DNA of 64,000 bases from Actinomycetes bacterium (GCA_045807285.1 JBJMHR010000029.1:81020-145019); one strand, 5' to 3'. Shown: positions 1 to 9,956, counted from the stretch's first letter. Notes: generated by a model not told the origin, from the sequence alone. Program-made: numbers and translations.

Positions 1-179
1 CGGTACCTCGGTACGAGGTGCAACCGGCTCGCGATGTGGTCGGTGAACTCCTCGATCGTGGGCGGCGGTCCTTCGAGAATCGCCAGACCACCGATGTGCA
101 TGTGCGCGTCGGTGCCGTCCTCGGCGTGCAGGAACCCTGCGTCGACCGAGCTCAAGCGGTCGAGGTGTTTCTGAACCAT
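1..179 (-). CDS. Wax ester synthase/diacylglycerol acyltransferase (WS/DGAT) family protein, N-terminal fragment; gene runs off the window start
   Basis: Not in the ORF track because it is open at the edge. Minus-strand ATG at 177-179 is preceded by GAGGGG. The translation MVQKHLDRLSSVDAGFLHAEDGTDAHMHIGGLAILEGPPPTIEEFTDHIASRLHLVPRY resembles the conserved WS/DGAT N-terminus (LxxxDxxFLxxE...MHxG). Confidence 0.5.
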   Translation of the reverse strand, partial: MVQKHLDRLSSVDAGFLHAEDGTDAHMHIGGLAILEGPPPTIEEFTDHIASRLHLVPRY

Positions 180-188
180 CGGCACCCC

Positions 189-1406
189 TCAGGCAGAGGT
201 CGCGGAGTCTAGATTGTCCAGGGCCTGTACGGCGTCCGCGATGAGGTCGGCCGCGTCCTCCAAGCCGATCGAGAAGCGGACTGCGCCCGGGTCGATGTCG
301 GCCGCAGTGAGCTCTGCGTCGTCGAGCTGGCGGTGGGTGGTCGAGGCGGCGTGGCTGACGATCGTGTGGTGGCCGCCGAGCGACGGAGCGATCCGGGCCA
401 GCCGCAACCGATCGCACAGGACCATGCCTGCCTCGCGGCCGCCCTCCGGCGTGACCGTGACGCACGCGCCGTAGCGACCGGCATCGAACAGCCGGCCCGC
501 GCGCTCGTGGTCGGGGTGGTCGGCGAGCCCGGGATACAGCAGTTTCTCCACGCGGGGGTGCTTGGCGATGGTCTCGGCGAACTCCCGCGCCGTGGCGCAC
601 TGCCGTGCCACCCGCAACGGCAGCGTCGCGAGACCGCGGTGCAGGAGGAACGCGTCATCCGGGGCAAGGATGGCGCCGGTCTCCATCCGCACGGCGCGCA
701 CCTTCGCAAGCACGTCAGGCTTACCGACGACCACGCCTCCGGTCGCGTCACTGTGACCACCGATGTATTTCGTCGCCGCGTGCACGACGACGTCGGCACC
801 GTGCTCGAGTGGTCGGCACACTGCCGGGCTCGCGAACGTCGAGTCGACCACGAATACGGCGCCCACACCGCGTGCGATGTCGGCGAGCGCGGGCAGGTCA
901 GCGACGGCGAGGGTGGGGTTTGCGATCGTCTCCGCCCAGACGAGCGCCGTATCCGGGCGACAAGCGGCGCCGAAGTCCGCCGCGTCATTCCCCGGCACGA
1001 ACGTCGTCTCGACCCCGAACCGCGACAGCACACCCCGCAGCAGGCTGAACGTGCCGCCGTAGCACGCGGCGGGTGCGACGACGTGCGCGCCCGCATGCGT
1101 GAGAGACATCAACACCGCGGTGATCGCAGCCATCCCCGACCCGAACGCCTCGGCGGCGATGTCGCCGTCGCAACGGGCACCTTCGAGCGATGCGACAGCG
1201 CTGGCGAAAGCCGCGGCCGTCGGGTTGTCGATGCGGGTGTAGCTGAAACCGGGTTGTCGACCGCCGAGCACATCGGCGTACTCCTGCGCACTCTCGAACG
1301 CGAACGTCGAGGACCGGATGACCGGAAGCGCGAGCGCTTCGGAGTCGAGCGCGGGCGGCGGCGGCAGATGTACGGCGCGCGTGTTCTCGCCGTAGTCGTC
1401 AGTCAA
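189..1406 (-). CDS. Cys/Met-metabolism PLP-dependent enzyme (cystathionine gamma-synthase / O-acylhomoserine sulfhydrylase / gamma-lyase family)
   Basis: 405-aa ORF with family motifs: [15 protein letters not shown], and the PLP-lysine context [12 protein letters not shown]. Subfamily cannot be resolved by eye. Confidence 0.8.
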   Translation of the reverse strand: MTDDYGENTRAVHLPPPPALDSEALALPVIRSSTFAFESAQEYADVLGGRQPGFSYTRIDNPTAAAFASAVASLEGARCDGDIAAEAFGSGMAAITAVLMSLTHAGAHVVAPAACYGGTFSLLRGVLSRFGVETTFVPGNDAADFGAACRPDTALVWAETIANPTLAVADLPALADIARGVGAVFVVDSTFASPAVCRPLEHGADVVVHAATKYIGGHSDATGGVVVGKPDVLAKVRAVRMETGAILAPDDAFLLHRGLATLPLRVARQCATAREFAETIAKHPRVEKLLYPGLADHPDHERAGRLFDAGRYGACVTVTPEGGREAGMVLCDRLRLARIAPSLGGHHTIVSHAASTTHRQLDDAELTAADIDPGAVRFSIGLEDAADLIADAVQALDNLDSATSA

Positions 1407-2406
1407 TGGGGCGCTCGGCCTTCGCGTCCCGCGACATGAGGCTGCGCACCATCTCTTTCGGGCTCATGCCGTCATGGACCACCCCGACGACATGCTCAGC
1501 GATCGGCATGTCCACGTCGTACTTGCGGGCGAGGTCGAGCACCGGCTGGCAGGACTTCACGCCCTCGGCGATCTCGGTCGTGGTGGTCGTGATCTCGTCG
1601 ATCGACTCGCCCCGACCGAGTCGCTCGCCGAAGGTCCGGTTCCGCGACAGCGGAGACGTGCAGGTAGCGACGAGGTCACCAAGACCGGCGAGCCCGGAGA
1701 ACGTCATGGGGTCGGCGCCGAGCGCGGCGCCGAGTCGCGCCGTCTCTGCAAGACCGCGGGTGATGAGGGATGCCTTCGCGTTGTCCCCGAAGCCCATACC
1801 GGCCGCCATGCCGACGGCAAGGGCGATGACGTTCTTGACGGTGCCGCCGAGCTCGCAGCCGACGACGTCGGTGTTCGTGTACGGGCGGAAGTACTTCGTT
1901 AGACAGGCTTGTTGCAGCCGCTCGGCCACCGCCTCGTCGACGCTGGCGACGACACTCGCGGCGGGCTGGCGCGCCGCTATCTCCTTCGCGAGGTTCGGGC
2001 CGGAGACCACGGCAACGCGGTCGGCAGGGACGTCCGCCACCTCGCAGATGACCTCGCTCATGCGCTGGCTCGTGCGCAGCTCGATGCCCTTCATCAAGCT
2101 GACGAGCATGCAGTCGGCCGGCAACAGGTCGACCCAGCGGCCGAGGTTCTCACGCAAGGTCTGCGACGGAACCGCGAGCACGACGAGGTCGGCAGCGTCG
2201 AGCGCGACGCTTGCATCCGGCGTCGCGCGGAGCTGCGCGGGCAGCGTGATGCCGGGCAGGTAGTCGGGATTCGCGTTGCGGTCGTTGACGGACGTCGCGA
2301 GCTCGGGACGACGCGACCACAGCGTCACGTCGCATCCGGCGTCGACGAGGACGGCGGCAAACGCCGTACCCCACGACCCGGCGCCGAGCACGGCCACTCG
2401 CGTCAT
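1399..2406 (-). CDS. gpsA: NAD(P)H-dependent glycerol-3-phosphate dehydrogenase
   Basis: 335 aa. N-terminal Rossmann motif [14 protein letters not shown]. Typical GpsA blocks are present ([19 protein letters not shown]). The 3' end overlaps the downstream PLP gene by 8 nt. Confidence 0.9.
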   Translation of the reverse strand: MTRVAVLGAGSWGTAFAAVLVDAGCDVTLWSRRPELATSVNDRNANPDYLPGITLPAQLRATPDASVALDAADLVVLAVPSQTLRENLGRWVDLLPADCMLVSLMKGIELRTSQRMSEVICEVADVPADRVAVVSGPNLAKEIAARQPAASVVASVDEAVAERLQQACLTKYFRPYTNTDVVGCELGGTVKNVIALAVGMAAGMGFGDNAKASLITRGLAETARLGAALGADPMTFSGLAGLGDLVATCTSPLSRNRTFGERLGRGESIDEITTTTTEIAEGVKSCQPVLDLARKYDVDMPIAEHVVGVVHDGMSPKEMVRSLMSRDAKAERPID

Positions 2407-3149
2407 GCGGTACGCCGTTCGTCACGTGCCGTGTGCGCGTCGGCGAGCTTGGCCGTCTTGGGATCGAAGGCAACGTCCGGTGGTGTTTCGCCGCGGAGCT
2501 CACCCAGGAGGCGGCGTACCTCGGTCATGATCGTGTCGGTCGCCGCGCGAAGGACGTCGGCCGACAGCGGCTGCCCGGCATAAGCCGACAGGTCAACCGG
2601 TGGCCCGGCACTCACGTGCACGGTCTTTCGCGGCAACAGGTGGAACTTGCGCTCCTGACCGAAGATGTCCTGAACTCCCCATTGCGCCATCGGGATGACC
2701 GGAGCGCCGGTCGTCAACGCGAGCCGCGCCACTCCCGTCTTCGGGACCATGGGCCAGTACGTCGGGTCCTTGGTCGTCGTTCCTTCCGGGTAAACGACGA
2801 GGCACTCGCCCCGCTCGATGGCGGCAACCGCGTCTTTCAACGCCAATGCAGCGTCCGACGTACGCCGGTGCACGGGGATCTGACCAGCGCCGGCCAGCAC
2901 CCATTTCACGAACGGCACCGACCACAACTCGGACTTCGCGAGGTACCGCGGGAGCCGGTGCCCGCGGTAGAGGAAGTGGGCGAGCGTGAACGGGTCGAGG
3001 TGCGAGATGTGGTTGATAGCGATGATCAGTCCGCCTTCGCGCGGAAGGTTCTGCCGACCGTGCCAGTCACGCTTGGTGAACATGAGCAAGAGTGGCTGCA
3101 CGACCAGAATCGCCAGGCGGTACCAGAAACCCATCCGTCCACGTCGCAC
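2403..3149 (-). CDS. 1-acyl-sn-glycerol-3-phosphate (lysophospholipid) acyltransferase
   Basis: 248 aa with the HX4D acyltransferase motif (NHISHLDP) and a YPEGTT block. It overlaps the gpsA start by 4 nt. The true start may be the internal Met (MGFWY, 3134). Confidence 0.8.
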   Translation of the reverse strand: MRRGRMGFWYRLAILVVQPLLLMFTKRDWHGRQNLPREGGLIIAINHISHLDPFTLAHFLYRGHRLPRYLAKSELWSVPFVKWVLAGAGQIPVHRRTSDAALALKDAVAAIERGECLVVYPEGTTTKDPTYWPMVPKTGVARLALTTGAPVIPMAQWGVQDIFGQERKFHLLPRKTVHVSAGPPVDLSAYAGQPLSADVLRAATDTIMTEVRRLLGELRGETPPDVAFDPKTAKLADAHTARDERRTA

Positions 3150-3240
3150 GTGTCGAGTCTCCCGTGCCCGTCAGCGACTGTCGAGGCGACCCTCTCGGGC
3201 GCCCCGTCGCGGGCGAGTAGGGAATGTCAGGATCGGGCGG

Positions 3241-3909
3241 GTGCAGGACCGAACCGACGTAGCGGGCTTCTGGTCGGTGGTCGTCCCGGTCAAGCAGCTC
3301 CGCACCGCGAAGTCGCGACTGGTCGCACCCGATGTCGCACGGATCGCGCTGGCACAGGCCATGGCTCTCGACACGGTGGAGGCAGCCCTCCTGTGCGGCC
3401 GGGTTGGCGAGGTTGTTGTCGTCACTGACGAACCGGAGATCGCCGCGGAGGTGCGCGCGATCGGCGCGGTCGCGGTGCCGGACGAGCCGGCGGCCGGGCT
3501 CAACGCAGCACTCGAACATGGGGCGGGGGTCGCGCTGACGCGCCGCCCCGGCAGCGGGGTCACGGCGCTGGCCGCGGACCTCCCGGCGCTGCGTCCGAGT
3601 GAGCTCGCGCGCGCACTCGACGCAGCTGCGCAGGTTGACCGCGCGATGGTGCCGGACGCGAGTGGAGCCGGCACGGTGCTGCTGACGGCGCGCAATGGAG
3701 TGTCGTTGTCACCGGAGTTCGGCGACGGGTCGCTCGCCCGCCATCAGCGGGACGGCGTCGTGGTGCTTGACGTCGACGTGCCCGGCTTGCGCCGGGACGT
3801 CGACACCCTGGCGGATCTGCGTGCGGCTTTGCAGTTGGGCTGTGGCCCACGTACGACGGCTGCGGCCGGTAGCGCACTGGCCCCGGCCGAGCCGCCGTCG
3901 AGCAGCTAG
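3241..3909 (+). CDS. fbiD: 2-phospho-L-lactate / phosphoenolpyruvate guanylyltransferase (coenzyme F420 biosynthesis, CofC/FbiD)
   Basis: The C-terminal ~220 aa of the 2986..3909 ORF has a CofC-like N-terminus (VVPVKQLRTAKSRL) and a GLNAAL block. GTG at 3241 was chosen as start because the upstream part of the ORF is antisense to plsC. Same position as Rv2983 relative to gpsA/hupB. Confidence 0.7.
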   Translation: MQDRTDVAGFWSVVVPVKQLRTAKSRLVAPDVARIALAQAMALDTVEAALLCGRVGEVVVVTDEPEIAAEVRAIGAVAVPDEPAAGLNAALEHGAGVALTRRPGSGVTALAADLPALRPSELARALDAAAQVDRAMVPDASGAGTVLLTARNGVSLSPEFGDGSLARHQRDGVVVLDVDVPGLRRDVDTLADLRAALQLGCGPRTTAAAGSALAPAEPPSSS

Positions 3910-4400
3910 CGCCGAGCAGCCTTCTTCGCGGTGCTCTTCTTCGCCGTGCTCTTCTTCGCGGTTCCCCGCTTTGCGGTGCTCGTCTTCGCCGGCGACTTCT
4001 TCGCCGCGGTCTTCGTGGTCTTCCGGGCGCCGCCGGTCGCCTTCTTGGCGGCAGCGCGACCGCTCGACGCGGCACCGGCAGCTGCAGCTGCAGTGACGAG
4101 TGGCGTCGCCTTCGCGAGCTTCTTCGCGCCGGAGACAACTTCCTTGAACGTGCTCGCCGGCCGGAACTTCGGCACCGATGTGGCCTTGATCTTCACGACA
4201 GCACCGGTCTGCGGGTTGCGGCCGGTGCGCGCCTTGCGCACCTGCTTCTCGAACACCCCGAAGCCCGTGATCGCGACCTTCTCCCCGGCCGCGACGGCAC
4301 GGGTGATGGTGTCGAGGACTGCCTCGACCGCGTTGTTCGCTGCTCGCTTGTCGGCACCGAGCCGATCAGCGATCTGGTCGATGAGTTCAGCCTTGTTCAC
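3906..4400 (-). CDS. hupB: HU-family nucleoid protein with lysine/alanine-rich histone-H1-like C-terminal tail (HupB/MDP1 type)
   Basis: MNKAELIDQIADRLG...GFGVFEKQVRKARTGRNPQTG is the HU fold. The C-terminal AKKSTAKKSTAKKAARR repeats are encoded by 15-nt direct DNA repeats at about 3915-3960. Confidence 0.9.
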   Translation of the reverse strand: MNKAELIDQIADRLGADKRAANNAVEAVLDTITRAVAAGEKVAITGFGVFEKQVRKARTGRNPQTGAVVKIKATSVPKFRPASTFKEVVSGAKKLAKATPLVTAAAAAGAASSGRAAAKKATGGARKTTKTAAKKSPAKTSTAKRGTAKKSTAKKSTAKKAARR

Positions 4401-4518
4401 GTGCGTCCTCCGGTTGCAGAGAGAGCGGGATGAGGCAAGAAAATGCCTTCGTCAGCGCGCAAACTTAGGGGCACACGCGTCGTACGACAACAACTATCGC
4501 AAGGTTTTCCTAGTAATT

Positions 4519-5106
4519 TCAGGCGATCCGGGGCAACCACCCGGGTCTCGACGACTCAAATGACGTGATGTCGGCGTCATGACGCAGGGTCAACGCGATG
4601 TCGTCGAGCCCTTCCATCAGTCGCCAACGGGTGTGTTCGTCGAGGTCGAAAGCGGCTAGCAGCGAACCTGCACGGACCTGGCGCGCAGCCAAGTCAACGG
4701 TGACCTCAAGGGCGGGATCGGCCTCGACGGCGGTCATCAGGGACTCGACGTCGTCGGCGGACAGCGCGACCGGGAGAAGACCGTTTTTCAGCGCGTTGCC
4801 ACGGAATATGTCGGCGAACCGCGGCGAGATCACCGCTCGAAAGCCGTGCTCCTGCAGCGCCCACACGGCATGTTCACGTGACGAACCGGTGCCGAAGTCC
4901 GGGCCGGCAACGAGAATCGTCGCGCCGTGGTACGCCGGGTCGTCGAGGACGAAGCCCGGGCTCGACCGCCACGCCGCGAACAAGCCGTCGCCGAAGCCGG
5001 TCCGTGTCACTCGTTTGAGGTAGTCACTCGGGATGATCTGGTCGGTGTCGACGTTGCTGCGACGCAACGGCACCGCGCGACCGGTATGCGTCGTGAACGG
5101 CTGCAT
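4519..5106 (-). CDS. leuD: 3-isopropylmalate dehydratase small subunit
   Basis: 195 aa with LeuD blocks ([26 protein letters not shown]). Located immediately downstream of leuC. Confidence 0.95.
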   Translation of the reverse strand: MQPFTTHTGRAVPLRRSNVDTDQIIPSDYLKRVTRTGFGDGLFAAWRSSPGFVLDDPAYHGATILVAGPDFGTGSSREHAVWALQEHGFRAVISPRFADIFRGNALKNGLLPVALSADDVESLMTAVEADPALEVTVDLAARQVRAGSLLAAFDLDEHTRWRLMEGLDDIALTLRHDADITSFESSRPGWLPRIA

Positions 5107-5109
5107 CGA

Positions 5110-6519
5110 TCAGGCCCCCAGATCGGCTGGTGCGGCGAGATGACCGGCAACGGCAGTCGCCGCCGCGACTTGTGGCGACACAAGGTGCGTACGCCCGCCC
5201 GGGCCCTGCCGTCCTTCGAAGTTGCGGTTGGACGTCGACGCAGCGCGCTGACCGGGTTGCAGGATGTCCGGGTTCATCCCCAGGCACATCGAACAACCCG
5301 CGCTTCGCCATTCGGCACCGGCGGACTCGAAGACCCGGTCGAGCCCCTCTTGTTCGGCGGCCACCTTGACCGCCATCGAGCCGGGCACGACGAGCATCCG
5401 TACGCCGCCCGCCACTTTGCGTCCCTCGAGGACAGCGGCGGCGGCGCGCAGGTCCTCGATGCGGCCGTTCGTGCACGAGCCGATGAAGACGACGTCGATG
5501 TTGACATCGCGCAACGCCGTTCCTGACGTGAGCGCCATGTACTCGAGCGCGCGTTCGGCGGCCGTGCGGTCGTTGCCGTCGTACGACGAAGGGTCGGGGA
5601 CGTGTGACGAGAGGGGCGCGCCCTGCCCCGGGTTGGTCCCCCAGGTGACGTACGGCGCGAGCTTCGTCGCATCGATCGTGACCTCGTTGTCGAACGTCGC
5701 GTCGTCGTCAGTGCGAAGCGAGCGCCAATAATCGAGTGCGGTCGTCCAGTCGCTGCCCTTCGGGGCGTGCTGGCGGCCGTCCAGGTAGGCGAAGGTTGTG
5801 TCGTCGGGCGCGATCATCCCGGCCCGGGCGCCCGCCTCGATGGACATGTTGCACACGGTCATACGGCCTTCCATCGATAGCTGCTCTATAGCGCGGCCGC
5901 GGTACTCGATGACGTAGCCCTGTCCCCCGCCGGTGCCGATCGTCGCGATGACCGCGAGGACGAGGTCCTTTGCGGTAACGCCGGCGGGCAGGTCACCGCT
6001 GACGGTGACCGCCATCGTCTTGGGACGCTGCACCGCCAGCGTCTGTGTGGCGAGGACGTGCTCGACCTCGCTCGTGCCGATGCCGAACGCGAGCGCACCG
6101 AAGGCACCGTGCGTGCTCGTATGCGAGTCGCCGCAGACGATGGTCATGCCGGGTTGGGTCAGCCCGAGCTGTGGGCTGATGACGTGGACGATCCCCTGCC
6201 CGGGGTCGCCCATCGGCAGCAGTTGGACGCCGAACTCGGCGCAGTTGCGGCGAAGCGTCTCGACCTGCTCGCGCGACACCGGGTCTTTGATGTTGTGCGC
6301 TGCACCGTCGGTGATGTCGGTCGGGACGTTGTGGTCTTCGGTGGCCAGTGTCAGGTCGGGTCGTCGCACGCCTCGCTCGGACAGGCGCAGACCGTCGAAG
6401 GCCTGCGGACTGGTCACCTCGTGCACGAGGTGCAGGTCGACGTACAAAACATCCGGTTCACCAGCGGCACGGCGCACGACGTGCGCGTCCCAGACTTTCT
6501 CGGCGAGCGTTGCTGGCAT
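5110..6519 (-). CDS. leuC: 3-isopropylmalate dehydratase large subunit
   Basis: Aconitase-family blocks are present ([39 protein letters not shown]). Start set at the internal ATG 6517-6519 ([13 protein letters not shown]). The 92-codon upstream extension in the track runs antisense into the IclR gene. Confidence 0.95.
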   Translation of the reverse strand: MPATLAEKVWDAHVVRRAAGEPDVLYVDLHLVHEVTSPQAFDGLRLSERGVRRPDLTLATEDHNVPTDITDGAAHNIKDPVSREQVETLRRNCAEFGVQLLPMGDPGQGIVHVISPQLGLTQPGMTIVCGDSHTSTHGAFGALAFGIGTSEVEHVLATQTLAVQRPKTMAVTVSGDLPAGVTAKDLVLAVIATIGTGGGQGYVIEYRGRAIEQLSMEGRMTVCNMSIEAGARAGMIAPDDTTFAYLDGRQHAPKGSDWTTALDYWRSLRTDDDATFDNEVTIDATKLAPYVTWGTNPGQGAPLSSHVPDPSSYDGNDRTAAERALEYMALTSGTALRDVNIDVVFIGSCTNGRIEDLRAAAAVLEGRKVAGGVRMLVVPGSMAVKVAAEQEGLDRVFESAGAEWRSAGCSMCLGMNPDILQPGQRAASTSNRNFEGRQGPGGRTHLVSPQVAAATAVAGHLAAPADLGA

Positions 6520-6567
6520 TGGGGCGCCTCGCTTGCATCTCGGTATTTGAGATAGCAGTATCGCTAC
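6520..6567. promoter_or_regulatory. 48-bp divergent control region between leuC and the IclR regulator gene
   Basis: The only non-coding DNA between the two divergent start codons. It is locally AT-richer (GGTATTTGAGATAGCAGTATCG) with a short inverted repeat ATCTC-N7-GAGAT (6537-6553). The operator assignment is inference from the LtbR-leuCD arrangement known in Corynebacterium. Confidence 0.3.
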
Positions 6568-7278
6568 GTGGACAAGAGTAGCGGCGTCGGCGTGATTGAC
6601 AAGTCCGTGGCGGTGCTCACGGCGCTGGCTGCCCATCCGTCGTCGCTCGCGGAGCTTGTCACCGCGACCGGACTGTCGCGGCCGACCGCGCATCGACTGG
6701 CCTTGGCGCTCGAGCAGCACGGCTTCGTCGCCCGCGATGGGGCCGGGCGGTTCGTCATCGGGCCGGGTCTGCGGGCGTTGGCCGCCGGTGAGCAATCCGA
6801 GCAGCTGTTGGCCTTTGCGGAGCCGGTGCTGGCGGAGTTACGCGCCACGACCGGCGAAAGCGCCCAGTTGTATCGCCGGCGCGGCGACGCGCGGGTCTGC
6901 ATCGCAGCAGCCGAACGCGAGAGCGGTCTTCGCGACACCGTCCCGGTGGGCAGCGTTCTGCCCATGACTGCTGGGTCCGCGGCGCAGGTGCTGCTCGCCT
7001 ACGCCGACGACGCGGATCGGTTTCTCGGTATGGCGGTCTTCGCCACGTCCGCTCTCGCCGGCGTACGGCGTCGGGGGTGGGCGGCGAGCGTCGCCGAACG
7101 CGAGGCTGGGGTGGCCTCGGTATCGGCTCCGGTGCTCGACGGTGACGGGTCTGTCGTCGCGGCGGTCTCCGTGTCGGGCCCGATCGAGCGCCTCACCCGT
7201 ACGCCGGGGCGCAGGCATGGCGCGGCCGTCGTCGCGGCGGCGCGCGAGCTGAGTAGGGCCATGGCCGGGTCTGCCTAG
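6568..7278 (+). CDS. IclR-family transcriptional regulator (LtbR-like, divergent from leuCD)
   Basis: 236 aa. N-terminal wHTH ([42 protein letters not shown]) plus an IclR effector domain. GTG start. Same position as Rv2989. Confidence 0.85.
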   Translation: MDKSSGVGVIDKSVAVLTALAAHPSSLAELVTATGLSRPTAHRLALALEQHGFVARDGAGRFVIGPGLRALAAGEQSEQLLAFAEPVLAELRATTGESAQLYRRRGDARVCIAAAERESGLRDTVPVGSVLPMTAGSAAQVLLAYADDADRFLGMAVFATSALAGVRRRGWAASVAEREAGVASVSAPVLDGDGSVVAAVSVSGPIERLTRTPGRRHGAAVVAAARELSRAMAGSA

Positions 7279-7579
7279 TCAGGTCGGATCAGGCGAAACC
7301 GTCACACCGGGCGATAGCGGCAGATCGGACAAGTGCCGATGCTGGAGGCATGGCGCGAGCGAACCTACGGCTGGTCGTGGACAACGAGGAGCCGGAATCG
7401 GCGACGAAGTTCGTGCCGATCCGGCTCCTACTCGCGTTATCCGGTCGGTGTGACTGCACCGACTGTTGCGCGGTCGAGCTCGCGCGACGCGCTGGACGAC
7501 CGTGGGTGCATCCCGACGTACGGGAACGCCGGCCATGGATCCAGGCCGTTCGGTAGACGTGCCCTTCTGCTGCTAGCCG

Positions 7580-7978
7580 TCAGGCCCAGAACGAGTCGTC
7601 GACCTCACCGTTCAGCGGTACGTCGTCCAAGTCGATGGCCTTGCCGTCGACAAGCTGGAAGACGAGCGAGTACTTCTGGTTGATGGTCTTGCCGTTGCGC
7701 TTCGCCTTCGCGGTGTAGAGCGCGACCGCGCCGTGGTCGCTGGCATACACGTCGGTGAGCACGGCCTGCATCGTGCCGTTCGTCAGCTCGCCCATCTCGC
7801 CGTACATCGCAAGGATGTTGTCGACGCCTTTGTGGTCACCGCTGAAGCGGTTGTTGCCGCCCATGTGCTGGATGCAGTCGTTGGAGAGGATGCTGCTGAG
7901 TGTCTTCACGTCGCCTTTGTTGAAGGCTTCGAACCCGCGCTTGATCAGCTTGACGTTGTCCTGTGCTTTCTTCGTCAT
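7580..7978 (-). CDS. SnoaL-like / NTF2-fold small protein
   Basis: Start set at ATG 7976-7978 (MTKKAQDNVKLIKRGFEAFNKGD), preceded by AAGGAGG. About 132 aa with the typical NTF2-like N-terminal pattern (FEAFNKGDxxxL). Host-like GC3. Confidence 0.6.
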   Translation of the reverse strand: MTKKAQDNVKLIKRGFEAFNKGDVKTLSSILSNDCIQHMGGNNRFSGDHKGVDNILAMYGEMGELTNGTMQAVLTDVYASDHGAVALYTAKAKRNGKTINQKYSLVFQLVDGKAIDLDDVPLNGEVDDSFWA

Positions 7979-8132
7979 TACGCCTCCTTGCGAATGAGTG
8001 GAGGTACCACCATCGTCGCGATCGACGCACACATTCCATAGCCCGCTCTGACTGTTCACAGTCGGTCATTCGATGTGCCCGAAATGTCAGACCTCCCCGG
8101 GATGATCAACCCAATCCCAGGAGGCGGTCGTC

Positions 8133-8309
8133 ATGGCCGATCGGCTTTGCCATGTGTCCGGTTGCGACAACCCGGTGTACGCAAAGGACCTTTGCAAACG
8201 CACTACAAACGCAAACGACGAACCGGTGACGTGCAAGCCCACAGACCGATCGGCGACTGTGAGGAGCCGCGCGAATGAGCGCGCAACTAACCTCGATATT
8301 CTGGAGTAA
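8133..8309 (+). pseudogene. Frameshifted/truncated fragment of an HNH-endonuclease-associated zinc-ribbon protein
   Basis: ATG at 8133, 8 nt after AGGAGG. Frame 1 gives MADRLCHVSGCDNPVYAKDLCKR, then loses similarity. The -1 frame from 8201 continues HYKRKRRTGDVQAHRPIGDCEEPRE (stop at 8278). Joined, this gives the canonical CxVxGC...LCxxHYxRxRRxGD motif. No HNH domain follows. Confidence 0.45.
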
Positions 8310-8323
8310 GTTGATATGTGTAG

Positions 8324-8396
8324 TAGCCTCGACGGGATTTGAACCCGCGCTACCGCCTTGAGAGGGCGGCGTCCTGGGCCGCTAGACGACGAGGCC
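8324..8396 (-). tRNA. tRNA-Glu (anticodon CUC)
   Basis: The reverse complement GGCCTCGTCGTCTAGCGGCCCAGGACGCCGCCCTCTCAAGGCGGTAGCGCGGGTTCAAATCCCGTCGAGGCTA folds as a cloverleaf. Anticodon stem CCGCC/GGCGG, loop CTCTCAA, T-loop TTCAAAT. CCA is not encoded. Confidence 0.9.
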
Positions 8397-8420
8397 TTGA
8401 CGTGCAGTGAGTCAGTTTCG

Positions 8421-8492
8421 CTGGGGTACCAGGACTCGAACCTAGACTAGCTGAACCAGAATCAGCCGGGCTGCCAATTACCCCATACCCCA
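8421..8492 (-). tRNA. tRNA-Gln (anticodon CUG)
   Basis: The reverse complement TGGGGTATGGGGTAATTGGCAGCCCGGCTGATTCTGGTTCAGCTAGTCTAGGTTCGAGTCCTGGTACCCCAG folds as a cloverleaf. Anticodon stem GCTGA/TCAGC, loop TTCTGGT, T-loop TTCGAGT. CCA is not encoded. Confidence 0.9.
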
Positions 8493-8513
8493 TCGGTGGG
8501 ACAACGCAGAATT

Positions 8514-9956
8514 TTAGCGCAGCGCCGCCTCCAGTCGCGCCACCGAACGCTCCTTCCCGAGCAGCTCGAGCGACTCGAACAACGGCGGTGACACGGTCCT
8601 TCCCGTAACAGCGACCCGGACGGGCCCGAACGCGTTCTTGGGCTTCAGCCCGAGCCCGTCTACCAGCGTGGCCCGGAGCGCCGCCTCGATCACCTCGGTG
8701 CGCCAGTCCCCCACGTCCGTGAGCGCTTTCCGCGCCGCATCGACCACCGGCAGCTGATCCGGACCGAGTTGCTTCGCGGCCGCGTCGGGATCGAGGTCGA
8801 CCGAGTCGCCGAACAGGAACGCCATCATCCCGACTGCTTCCGAGAGCAATCCGATCCGCTCCTGCACGAGTGGCGTCGCTCGATGCACCATCGACCGGTC
8901 TTCGTCGGTCACCGGTTCCGGTACGACGTCGGCCAAAACCAAGTACGGCAGGATCCGCTCCGCGATCTCCTCCGTTGGCATCTCGCGGATGTAGTGACCG
9001 TTCAACCAGTGCAACTTGTCGAGGTCGAACACCGGCCCGACAGTGTTCACCCGCGTCCAGTCGAAGGTGGACACCATCTCGTCGAACGAGAACACCTCCT
9101 GCCCGTCCGGCATCGAGTAACCCATCAACGCGAGGAAGTTGCGCAAGGCCTCCGGCAGATACCCCTCTTCGCGAAACCACGTCAGACGCGCCGCCGGGTT
9201 CTTTCGCTTCGAGATCTTCGACTTGTCGACGTTGCGCAGCAGCGGCATGTGCGCGAACGCCGGCCGCTCCCACCCGAGCCAGTCATAGAGCAGCAGATGC
9301 TTCGGTGTGGACGAGATCCACTCCTCGCCACGCACGACGTGCGTGATGGCCATCTCGTGGTCATCGACCACGACCGCCAAGTGGTACGTCGGAAAGCCGT
9401 CCGCCTTCATGATCACCTGGTCGTCGGGCCTCGGCGCGTGCACCTCGCCGCGGATCACGTCCACAAACGCCAGCGGCGGATCAGCAGGAATCAGCATCCG
9501 CACCACAGGCGTTTCCGAAAACCCCGGCAACGCCGAGCGCTCCTCGCTCGTCTTGCCATAACACAACCGGTCGTAACCCGTCGGCTGCTTCGCCTTCTGT
9601 TGCGCGGCGCGCATCTCCGCCAAGCGCTCCGGCGTACACCAGCAGTGGTAGGCATGACCGTCGTCGAGCAGTCGCTGTGCCACCGGTTGGTAGGTGCCTA
9701 ACCGCTCGGACTGCCGGTACGGCGCATAGGGACCACCGCGATCCGGCCCCTCGTCCCAGTCGAGTCCCAACCAGAGCAACGTGTCGTAGACCTGCTGCTC
9801 GCTGTCCGCGACGTAGCGCGCCCGGTCGGTGTCCTCCACGCGCAGAACGAATTCGCCACCTTGCTGCCGCACGAAGGCAAGGTTGAAGAGCGACATGTAC
9901 GCCGTACCCACGTGGGGGTCGCCCGTCGGAGACGGCGCGACGCGGAGCCGGACCAC
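8514..9956 (-). CDS. gltX: Glutamyl-tRNA synthetase
   Basis: 480 aa with the HIGH motif (PSPTGDPHVGTAY) and the KMSKS variant (SKISKRKN). GTG start overlaps the stop of the upstream FAH gene by 1 nt. Confidence 0.95.
   Translation of the reverse strand: MVRLRVAPSPTGDPHVGTAYMSLFNLAFVRQQGGEFVLRVEDTDRARYVADSEQQVYDTLLWLGLDWDEGPDRGGPYAPYRQSERLGTYQPVAQRLLDDGHAYHCWCTPERLAEMRAAQQKAKQPTGYDRLCYGKTSEERSALPGFSETPVVRMLIPADPPLAFVDVIRGEVHAPRPDDQVIMKADGFPTYHLAVVVDDHEMAITHVVRGEEWISSTPKHLLLYDWLGWERPAFAHMPLLRNVDKSKISKRKNPAARLTWFREEGYLPEALRNFLALMGYSMPDGQEVFSFDEMVSTFDWTRVNTVGPVFDLDKLHWLNGHYIREMPTEEIAERILPYLVLADVVPEPVTDEDRSMVHRATPLVQERIGLLSEAVGMMAFLFGDSVDLDPDAAAKQLGPDQLPVVDAARKALTDVGDWRTEVIEAALRATLVDGLGLKPKNAFGPVRVAVTGRTVSPPLFESLELLGKERSVARLEAALR

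Noticed and set aside
6520-6795. 92-codon N-terminal extension of the leuC ORF (track start at 6795)
   Set aside because: The extension is antisense to the well-supported IclR gene and has junk-like composition. The conserved LeuC N-terminus begins at the internal Met ([10 protein letters not shown]).
7350-7556. 68-aa ORF MARANLRLVVDNEEPES...CDCTDCC... in the spacer after the IclR gene
   Set aside because: There is no Shine-Dalgarno, GC3 decays along the ORF, and I recognise no family. A competing minus-strand ORF (7279..7536) is equally unconvincing. The region is left unannotated and is worth a homology search only.
8350-9273. 307-aa minus-strand ORF spanning the tRNA region and the 3' part of gltX
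   Set aside because: It is in an alternate frame of gltX and runs through both tRNA genes. Composition is Arg/Gly/Ala-rich and it has no motifs.
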